A stretch of DNA of 64,000 bases, taken from the IMG/VR virus record IMGVR_UViG_3300032303_001222, positions 1,309 to 65,308 of that record; one strand, written 5' to 3'. The stretch's first letter is position 1, and the number at the start of each line of letters is the position of its first letter. Shown piece by piece: positions 28,401 to 37,000 of the stretch. The notes below the pieces were generated by a model. The model was not told the origin of the DNA. It searched no databases and worked only from the letters and a program-made list of their open reading frames with translations. The DNA is from a virus. Its lineage: Duplodnaviria > Caudoviricetes. A program made the translations under genes and the position numbers.

Positions 28401-29491
28401 CGGGCACACGACTCTGCCCTGGGAATCAGTATTAAGGGTCGACAAAGCAACAACTAAAGAAAGGAAACAACATGCAAAAGAGAGGCTTAGGAATAAACAC
28501 GTTAATAAAGATATATAAGTCCAAGCTGATAAAGGCTCAGGACTACTTAGAAGCTACTGAAGGAACAAGGAATAGCACCTGCCAAGGAAGTTATGACGTT
28601 GGGTATTACCAAGGAACCATAGATCTACTCGAACGTCTTAGGCCAACGAAGAAGACAACCGCATGAAAGAAGCACTCAAGAACTTAGTCGAACAATCGGA
28701 AGTACCGATCCTCAAGAACGAGATCGACCAGCTCCGAGGTACTCTATCCACCCTTACCAACCTTGTTCTTAAAACCGAACAAGACTTGGCCAGCTACCGC
28801 AAAGTCACTGAAGATTTAGCCAAGGAACTTTCCGAGCATCTCAAGGTACGGACATCTCATACAACCTTTGTCAACGGCAAGGGTTTGGAGACGTACTACC
28901 GGGATGTGGCAAGCGTATCGAAACGATGGAAAGAGTGGGAGGAAATGTACAAGGCTGGCAAACCCATCTCCGAGATTGCTCGGAAGTGGGGCGTCAACAC
29001 CCACACCGTTCGACACGCAAAGGCTAAGAACTTCACCGCATCCGTTTGCAAGACACCCAAGAGCAAGGAACAACCAAGGGATGTTCAATTATTCCTAGGC
29101 CGTAAGAGACATATGAGGCAGAAGCCTCATCGCCTACGCCTTGCCGCTTAACCAAAGAAAGGACACTACAATGAAATCTATAATTCCGTTAACCACGGAA
29201 CAGATCGACACGTTTGGCGAAGCAACCGCCAAGAGAAACCAAGCAGAGAAAGTACGGGAAGCAGTACTCCCCCTCCTCAAGCTTACCTACCAGGAGACAG
29301 GCAACCGCTTCTTCGAAGGTAACTCGTGGATTGTTAAAGCATCCGATGGGATGAAAAGGACATTGGACGTTTATAAACTGATCAATGTTCTTTCAGCCGT
29401 CGGTGTCAAAGAACCCGCCACCCTCGTGGATGGGTGCTACACAGAAGCAACCTTCCCAACGTTTCGTGTTCAGGCCGTTCCCTCTTTATGA
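25483..29491 (+). CDS. Array of about 16 small early genes, many acidic; includes DpnD/PcfM-like 27099-27302, YgiT-type zinc finger 28273-28518 and HTH protein 28663-29151
   Basis: Head-to-tail ORFs, most with AAGGA(G) RBS or ATGA coupling. Confidence 0.6.
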
Positions 29492-30207
29492 GTCCAAGAT
29501 TCGTTAAAGGGAATGCCAAGCTTAAGGATACCTACATCTTCAACCTCCCTGCTGGGCATACCTGTCCTTGTGCCAAGGAGTGTTTGTCAAAGGCTCATCC
29601 TGTTACTGGCAAGATAACTGACGGAATACAAACATTGTTCCGTTGCTTCTCGGCCAGCACCGAGAGCCTTCGTGAAAACGCAAGGAAGATGCGGTGGGCT
29701 AACTTCGCTGCGTTGCACCGCAAGACTACCCTCGAGATGGCTGACCTTCTTTCTTCTGCACTACCTAAGAAAGCTAAGCGTGTTCGGATTCACGAAGGTG
29801 GAGACTTCTTTAGCCAAGCCTACTTTGACGCTTGGCTTGAAGTTGCCAACAGAAACCCTCACGTTTTGTTTTACGCCTACACCAAATCGATCCCTTTTTG
29901 GTTGGCTCGTCTTGACAAATTGCCGTCAAACATTCGGCTGACTGCCAGCCTTGGCGGAACTCACGATGACCTAGCCATTAAGCACAACCTCAAGACTTCG
30001 TATGTGGCCTTCAGCGAAGAGGACGCAAACATCCGTGGCCTTGAGATCGATCACGATGACAGCCTTGCCTACGGACCCAACGAGAAATCGTTTGCTCTCT
30101 TGATCCACGGGACACAGCCCGCTGGGTCGGAAGCATCCAAGGCTAGGAGCTTACTACGAAAGAAGAGTGGCTTCACTGGCTACTCCAGAAAAGCAGTAAC
30201 CGCATGA
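29488..30207 (+). CDS. GP88-like protein
   Basis: FNLPAGHTCP..C...C and VRIHEGGDFFS..Y...W..VA...FYAYTKS match the phage GP88 pattern. Confidence 0.7.
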   Translation: MSPRFVKGNAKLKDTYIFNLPAGHTCPCAKECLSKAHPVTGKITDGIQTLFRCFSASTESLRENARKMRWANFAALHRKTTLEMADLLSSALPKKAKRVRIHEGGDFFSQAYFDAWLEVANRNPHVLFYAYTKSIPFWLARLDKLPSNIRLTASLGGTHDDLAIKHNLKTSYVAFSEEDANIRGLEIDHDDSLAYGPNEKSFALLIHGTQPAGSEASKARSLLRKKSGFTGYSRKAVTA

Positions 30208-31658
30208 GATACTTGTCTGTTTGTTCAGGCATTGAGGCGGCCTCCGTTGCCTGGGAGAAACTTGGGTGGAAGCCCGTCGCCTTTTCAGAAATCGAACCTT
30301 TCCCGTCAGCGGTGCTGAATCACCACTGGCCTGAGGTTCCCAACCTAGGAGATATGACTAAATATGAATCATGGAAATTCGAAGAACCAATTGACGTTCT
30401 GGTCGGAGGAACACCGTGTCAAGCGTTCAGCGTCGCGGGACTCAGGAAAGGATTGGCCGACCCAAGAGGCGGTCTCTCACTCACCTTCGTCAACATCGCA
30501 GATCACTTCAACCCAAAGTGGATCCTCTGGGAGAACGTCCCCGGTGTCCTTTCCTCAAGGGACAACGGGTTCGGTTGCTTTCTGGGAGCACTTGCCGGGG
30601 AAGATGGTGAACTCAAACCGCCAGGGGAAAAATGGGCAGACGCAGGTTGTGTGTATGGTCCCAAAAGGTCAATCGCTTGGCGATGCCTTGACGCCCAATA
30701 TTTCGGTGTGGCCCAACGACGCAAGCGTTGTTTCCTTGTCGCATGTCCTCGAGACCAAGGAGATCCAGCCAAGGTTCTATTTGAGTGGGAAGGCTTGCGC
30801 AGGGATACTGCGCCGAGCCGAGAAGCGAGGGAAAGAACTACCACCCATGCTGAAACAAGCACTGGAAGCAGTGAGGCAGTAGGTGCATTCAGGATGCAAG
30901 CCTTCGGGGAATACTCCGATGACGGCTCTGCATCCACGATGAAGGCTAGGGATTACAAGGATGCTACCGACTTGGTTGCTTCCCCTATTGTGATTGATCG
31001 TGCTGCCTTTAACCAAGGGCAGAACGCACAATACAAACCCCATATCGCCCATAGCGAAACAATGGATTCCCTAGTAGCTCGAGGACCCCACGCCGTTGCT
31101 ATCCCCATCCACGACCAAGCCACCCGAAATGCTGGCAAGCGTGGTGACAAGCAAGACGGCAAAGGTAATGGGCTGGGTATCGGTAAGCTAGGTGACCCCT
31201 GCCCTACTCTGACCAAAGGCGACAAACACGCAGTCCTATATGAGAATCACCCCAATGATTCTCGAGTTACTGGACCTCTCGATGTTGCTCCGTCTTGCGT
31301 ATCACGATATGGAACTGGTGGTGGGAATGTTCCACTTGTGCAAGAACCCGTTGCAGTTGATTGCTACAATAAGACAATCAACAAAACTTCGCAGACACTT
31401 TCATCCTCTGCCTCTGACATTAATCATACGGGAGGTGTGATTAATCCAGCAGACAGAATGGCAGTCCGACGCCTCACCTGCAAAGAGTGCGAGCGTTTGC
31501 AAGGATTTCCAGATGAGCATACACTAATTCCTTGGAGGGGTAAGCCAGCCGATCAATGCCCCGACGGTCCACGTTACAAAGCGTTAGGGAATTCGATGGC
31601 AGTTCCATGTATGGAATGGATCGGCAACAAAATTAAGGAGGTATCAGTATGTGGATAG
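30204..31658 (+). CDS. C5 cytosine DNA methyltransferase
   Basis: Motif I SVCSGIEA, IV GGTPCQAFS, VI WENVPG, VIII QRRKR, IX RRLT..ECERLQGFPD, X RYKALGNSMAVP. Confidence 0.95.
   Translation: MRYLSVCSGIEAASVAWEKLGWKPVAFSEIEPFPSAVLNHHWPEVPNLGDMTKYESWKFEEPIDVLVGGTPCQAFSVAGLRKGLADPRGGLSLTFVNIADHFNPKWILWENVPGVLSSRDNGFGCFLGALAGEDGELKPPGEKWADAGCVYGPKRSIAWRCLDAQYFGVAQRRKRCFLVACPRDQGDPAKVLFEWEGLRRDTAPSREARERTTTHAETSTGSSEAVGAFRMQAFGEYSDDGSASTMKARDYKDATDLVASPIVIDRAAFNQGQNAQYKPHIAHSETMDSLVARGPHAVAIPIHDQATRNAGKRGDKQDGKGNGLGIGKLGDPCPTLTKGDKHAVLYENHPNDSRVTGPLDVAPSCVSRYGTGGGNVPLVQEPVAVDCYNKTINKTSQTLSSSASDINHTGGVINPADRMAVRRLTCKECERLQGFPDEHTLIPWRGKPADQCPDGPRYKALGNSMAVPCMEWIGNKIKEVSVCG
30364..30882 (+). CDS. 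Nested out-of-frame gene resembling the beta subunit of two-component C5 methyltransferases
   Basis: 172-aa ORF in a different frame of the MTase, ending FYLSGKACAGILRRAEKRGKELPPMLKQAL. Confidence 0.65.
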   Translation: MNHGNSKNQLTFWSEEHRVKRSASRDSGKDWPTQEAVSHSPSSTSQITSTQSGSSGRTSPVSFPQGTTGSVAFWEHLPGKMVNSNRQGKNGQTQVVCMVPKGQSLGDALTPNISVWPNDASVVSLSHVLETKEIQPRFYLSGKACAGILRRAEKRGKELPPMLKQALEAVRQ

Positions 31659-32264
31659 CAACCAAGTTTGGTTTCTATTCGATGTCGAACAAGAAAGCTT
31701 ATCAGTTCCCAGAGTATGAATCCGTGATTCATGTTCGGGGACGAAGCGAAGATGATATGAAGAGATTGATCAATGAGATCCGGGGCTTGTCCCTCAAGAT
31801 CATCCCCGAGATCTCAATGCGTGAAGATGTGGATTATACTTACCGCATCTTCATCCACCCGAATGACTTGCCCAAGGTGTTAGCAAGGCTTGGCAACTCT
31901 GTGGATTACACCAGCTTTAAGGGAATGATTGGGGAGTCCAAACACCAGAAGCATAAGCTCAACGCTTACTGCCAATTCTGGTACGATATGGTTGTTGCGT
32001 TTGGACAAGACCCGTTAACGAAAGGATAACTTGAAAGAAGAACTAAAGACTAAAGAAGATAAACTAGGTTACTGGATGTGGGGAGCGGATGAACCTGCCA
32101 CCCACATTTGCGAACACGGCCACAAGGAATGTGCCGTGGAATCTGATGGAGTCTGTATGGATTGGTTACAGCTCGAGATCGATCGAGAGTGGCCGACCAA
32201 AGAGAAGACCCTACCTATATCGTGGGAGGATATCTTCAACGATGGAAAGGAAACCCAATGGTAA
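31649..32264 (+). CDS. Two hypothetical genes (31649-32029, 32031-32264)
   Basis: RBS AAGGAGG before 31649; the first starts with an MWIATKFGFYS motif common in phage proteins. Confidence 0.6.
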
Positions 32265-32572
32265 AGATTCTTTTGATGATAGCGACTCTTGCCAGCCCGC
32301 TGGTGGCTCAGGAAGTTTTGATCTCTGCCAATCCAGATCTGTTGTATTCGACAGCTAATGACTACGGACCTTGGGGAGCACCAGAGTTTATCAACTCATT
32401 CACCAATGACTATGGACCAAATGGAAGCCCAGAGTTCTTGGGTAGTGCCACCAACGATTATGGTACTGGCTTAAGGCCATCTACCCTAGTTCTTGAAAGT
32501 CCGTATCTACTAACCGAACGGGAACTTCTGGCGCCATTTATTTTGACGCCAGTAATTGACCTAACCCCCTAG
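32258..32572 (+). CDS. Secreted protein with three 16-aa NDYG repeats
   Basis: Signal peptide MVKILLMIATLASPLVA followed by S.[A/T]NDYG repeats. Confidence 0.6.
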   Translation: MVKILLMIATLASPLVAQEVLISANPDLLYSTANDYGPWGAPEFINSFTNDYGPNGSPEFLGSATNDYGTGLRPSTLVLESPYLLTERELLAPFILTPVIDLTP

Positions 32573-32925
32573 CTATTGAGCATCGCCCGTCGCTTGGCAC
32601 AAGCCCCACAACCTTGGATGTTTGTGCCAGCGACTTGGTCGATAGCTTTTGCAATAGGCTGGGCAAAGGTATGAACTATGTCCCCCAACCCAACGCTTTC
32701 GCACAAGCTCTTGTCAACTTTGTCACAGATCTGATCGTGGATCATTTGTTCTTGGTTTCCATTTAGGACAAGTCCGTTTAGGTGGCGATGGCGGTTCACG
32801 TTAGCTAACAACTCATCAAATGTGACAGCCGTTATGACTACTTTGGTATCGTGGTCTTTATAGAAGAATCCAGTAGGCGGTGTTATTGTTTTATCTTTTA
32901 ATCGCACTTGGGTATCTTGACACAC
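32569..32925 (-). CDS. Cys-containing conserved phage protein
   Basis: GLGDIV...GCGACAKRRAMLN motif. Confidence 0.6.
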   Translation of the reverse strand: MCQDTQVRLKDKTITPPTGFFYKDHDTKVVITAVTFDELLANVNRHRHLNGLVLNGNQEQMIHDQICDKVDKSLCESVGLGDIVHTFAQPIAKAIDQVAGTNIQGCGACAKRRAMLNS

Positions 32926-32947
32926 TTTGTTATAGACTCAACCTTGT

Positions 32948-33241
32948 TTGGTGGACGAGTACGACGATATAGATGAAGTTAGCCCTAGGGAGGACGACGA
33001 AGGCGAAGAGGAAGAAGAAGTTAATCTTGTCCTTCTCAATGGGGCAAGCGACGCTGGGACAAAGCTTTTAAAGTTTTTCCTCGGTGCCGCTGTTCTTGAT
33101 GGCAACGGGTCGTTCCAAGTAAGTCGTAAGGCTTTGTCAGAGTTTATTGATTTATGCAAAAAGCATCAATCTTTCGAACTATGGGCAGACCCAGATTTTA
33201 ATGGTGATGGCATTGAGCTAACCATCAAATGGCACGACTAG
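32948..33241 (+). CDS. Acidic hypothetical protein
   Basis: Asp/Glu-rich N-terminus; oriented opposite to the flanking structural genes. Confidence 0.5.
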   Translation: MVDEYDDIDEVSPREDDEGEEEEEVNLVLLNGASDAGTKLLKFFLGAAVLDGNGSFQVSRKALSEFIDLCKKHQSFELWADPDFNGDGIELTIKWHD

Positions 33242-33271
33242 TTTTTCTTCTGGCGGTTCTAACGCCAGTTA

Positions 33272-33766
33272 TTATTTTGCGGCTGTTGATGCTAGTTCTG
33301 GCTTACTACCTTGCTCGACATTGGCCGAAGGCGTTTCTTTGGCTGCAAGCTCGCTGTAGAATTTGTTGACCCCAGCAAGCCAATTATTATTCAAACCCCT
33401 TGGGTCATTTGCAGCACCTTTTGGGGCATAGATTTCAGCCAGCTTGTCAACGTCGCCACCAACCTGGTCGAGCCTTCGTTTGAGGTTCTTGGCTGAGTAA
33501 AGTAACCCCTCACCCAAAGAATCAAACTTCTTAAGTTTAGTCCACTTAGTTTGAGGATCCATAATCCCAGCGGGGTTGTTGTAGTTCTGAATCGCGTTGC
33601 TTGTTCCACGTCCTGTTTCGTGGGCAATGACGGCCGCAAAGAGTTCCGGGCTAATCCCAGCAGTCGAAGCGGCTTGGACAATAAGTCCAGTCTTGCCAGC
33701 TAAGGCTCCTTTACCAAAGAGAGTCTGAAGCTTTTGATCACCAGGAGATTGCGTACCTAAACCCAT
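33272..33766 (-). CDS. Glucosaminidase/lysozyme-like (GH73-type) peptidoglycan hydrolase, probably virion-associated
   Basis: AAVIAHETGRGTS...NNPAG...F.S..EG...Y motif; lies next to the ejection genes. Confidence 0.7.
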   Translation of the reverse strand: MGLGTQSPGDQKLQTLFGKGALAGKTGLIVQAASTAGISPELFAAVIAHETGRGTSNAIQNYNNPAGIMDPQTKWTKLKKFDSLGEGLLYSAKNLKRRLDQVGGDVDKLAEIYAPKGAANDPRGLNNNWLAGVNKFYSELAAKETPSANVEQGSKPELASTAAK

Positions 33767-33819
33767 ATGTTTTGTGTATTGATTTCCTATTACGTTTAGT
33801 TATTAAAGGAGGATATTAT

Positions 33820-34041
33820 ATGAAGGTAAATCGTCAAGAGGTCGGGTTTTTGTACGGATGTTTGTATTATTCTTATGATGTATTAGTTCGTATCTTTGCC
33901 CATTTTGTATCGGGTGCTTGTATTCTTTTGTTTGGATTGTTTCTTGGTTTCTTGCCTTGGCTTCTCACCAAAGGATTATTCTTCTTGGTTTTGCAACCAC
34001 TCGCCCAAACTTTGAAGTTTTTGTATTCTCTCGTCGTTTGA
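33820..34041 (+). CDS. Small membrane protein antisense to the structural module
   Basis: Strong RBS AAAGGAGG 7 nt before ATG 33820; 1-2 hydrophobic helices. Confidence 0.5.
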   Translation: MKVNRQEVGFLYGCLYYSYDVLVRIFAHFVSGACILLFGLFLGFLPWLLTKGLFFLVLQPLAQTLKFLYSLVV

Positions 34042-37000
34042 ATCAACCATTCGTTTAATCGCCATATTCTTGGCGTATTCAGTAGCCGAAGAGGTCACTT
34101 TCTTAACAATCTCTTGAGCAACAAACGAAGAAGATTCCTTTAGTTGCTGAACCATTTCAGGTGTGTTCAACACTTGGTTTAACATTGTTCCTCGATCCAC
34201 TTTGTATTGGTAGTACTGATCCTCTTCCATAGGAATTACCCCTAACAAAAGCTCTCTCCTCGGAGGGTTAGGGAAAGCGTTCTTCGAAGCCAATGTGTCG
34301 ACAAGCGGATCTGGCTTCCTAGCTGTTGCAATACGGGAAGTAATCGGAATTTTGTTACCAAGCATATCTACATCAGGTTTCCCATAGAGCTCTCGGAGGA
34401 CTGGGGTATTCGCAATAAAGATGCCATTCATTAGCCCATTTCTCGCCGTCCTCTTATCCATATCCGTCTCGACCCCGAACACGTTAAGGATTTTGGGTAT
34501 GATCTTCTGGTCGATATCCCTAATAATATTTGGAACAAGCAAGGAACTTCCAAGACGCCCAGCAAATGCTAGAGCTCTTGCCTTCGCCTGCTCTGGTTGC
34601 GAGCTGTCTGTGCTCTTAAATAAGTCGGACAAACCTGAAAGGAACAACATGTCAAAGGGGACAAGGATGGCTCTCATACTTACCGCTGATGTCGTGTTAA
34701 ACAAAGCCTTTGCCCCTGTTTTCTTGTAATGGTGGTTGTCTGTAATTTCACCCAAGAAAGCGAGCGGGATTGCCAAAGGAGTAGGCAAGTAGCTGATGTA
34801 AGCGTTTCCAACCTTAATGCTCCAAGGTTTCCAACCAGTCTTAGATAACGCCAGCTTAGCCGCGGGGTCATCTGGGCCAGATCCGTTGATTCTCCACCAA
34901 GCTTTTTCGTAATCTTTATCGTACCCAAAAGCCTGAAGACCAGCTGCTAGGGTCAAGAACAGCAAACCAGCCAATGCCCTTCCCCTAATCATTTCACGCT
35001 CAGCGCCTTTGACATCATCCCATTTACCAAGCCTACGCCCAATGAGCTTCTCTGTTGGGAGTCCGTAGTATCTGATCAAGCCTGGGACTACGCCCATATC
35101 AAGGGACATATTCCAAACATTTCCAACGATTCTTGTAAAAGGAATTACAAATCGTGTTTCTGGTTGTTTGGCGGCCAAAACATTCAAAGAGTGAATTACG
35201 TTACCCAAGAAGCCTTTTGGTTCTTGTTGGAAAGTATTGGTCAAAGCCGACAAGACAGATTCGTTAAGTAACTCTTGCGTGTCGACGTTACGGCTTTCGC
35301 CAGACTCGGTCTTGTTTTGCCCAAGCTGTTGATCAAGGATCTCAAAGGTTCTCAGCTTAAATTCTTTTGTTCCCGGCTTTAAACCCTCCATTAATGCGTC
35401 ACTCTGGGCGCTCTTCATCGAGTTGCTATCCCGAAGAGCGGAAGCCAAAGCCTGGGCAGAAGCGTCTTTGCGGCTTAACCCAAGCTCCAGTGCCTTATTA
35501 TAGGCGTATTTGTATAGGTAATACTCCTTGTTCATATTGTAGAACACGGAATCCACAGCAGACATAAACCTTGATACTGTTGTCGAGTAAGTTCCTAGTT
35601 TTTGGGGCAATCCTTTTGCCCGCTCTCTTAGCACTTCCCCAGTATCGGTTGCCTTTAAACTGCTTATGCTTAGTTGAACTTGTTTAGTCCAAGAAGTACC
35701 CGTCCCCATAATGTTGAGGAAATCTGCCCATCCGACTTGGATTCCACGAAGAAGCGCGGATCTCTTCTCTGGCCCTGCATTTCCAGTTAACGAAGAGTGG
35801 ATAAGCTCTGGCATTAGGACGCAGAAAGCCGTCGAGGCGTTGCCGTATAAGTTGGCTAGTTGCGTGTCGTATCCAGACAAGATGGACGAGTACCACCAGG
35901 TAAGCGTGAAATCCCACTTGTTCATTTCCGTCTTTTCGTAGATCGCTCGCATTGCTTTTTGGTAATAAACGTTTCTTTGGTAACCCTCTGGCTTGGTCTC
36001 TGCTTCCTCGGCAAGGTTGTATACTTCTTCAGCAAGTTTGGGATCGGTAAGACCTTCTTGTTCCGCAAATTGAGACCAAAGATTTATATTATCTTTATCC
36101 ATCAGCCCCAACGACGTGGCTTTAACAAGGCGGTCTAGGAATCTTTTTAGGCTAGGCTCAAGTCGCTTATCGGCTTGGCTCTTGATCAGGTTGGTAAGTG
36201 CTTTGTTTGCTTCTGTTCTTACGAGCTCCTCAATCCTCTTTGCAATCGCCGTCTCAAGCTTCTCAGCAATAGTCGGAGTGACACCTACTTCTGATGTCGA
36301 TTCGGTATTAGCACCTTGAGCTTGGAGCAGATCGGCCTCGGTTGTCTTGTTAAATACCTCACCCAAATTAGCTTGTTCAACAAAGAGTTTAGCTAAGTCC
36401 GATGCCTGTTTCTGCATCGTATTCTTCCTAAAGTGTTCGCGTATCAGAGTCTTGAGGTCGATATCCGAGGCCTTAAGAAGGGTTTTGATTTGGGGAAGCG
36501 TGAACGGCTGGTCTAAAGCTGTCTTCAAATACTCATTAAATATTGGGGCAAGTTTAGGATTTGCGGCCACTTCTTCTCGAACCGAGTCCTTAATTTGCGA
36601 CCAAGCTTGTAAGGCTTTCGGCCAGAGAGCCAGTAGGTCGGACATTCTAGAGATCGTCTTTGCTTTCTGTTTTAGTTTAATGAGATCTTCGATCTGCTCA
36701 TTGGATGCGTTCTCGTTCTCTGGGTTGCCTTCGACTTCGACATCTTTAATTGCTTTCCCCTGTTCCTTGGAAAGATTGTCGATCATCCCCTTAATCCGGC
36801 GAAGAGCCGCGGTCGCCTCCTGATTGATCGTCTTAGGCTTGTTGGTGCTACCCGCCACCGTCACAGCATCACCCTCGCCCTCAACGACTCCCTCACCCTC
36901 CTGTGGTTCTAGAGCCGCAAGACGTTCGTTAACGCTATCGGTCATACGCTTGGCGACGCTTTCGGAGAACTGTTGCCACAACGTCATCGTTGTCTTGGCC

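Noticed and set aside
32915-32940. TCTTGACA...TAGACT as a promoter
   Set aside because: The spacer is only 10 bp and fits neither promoter class.
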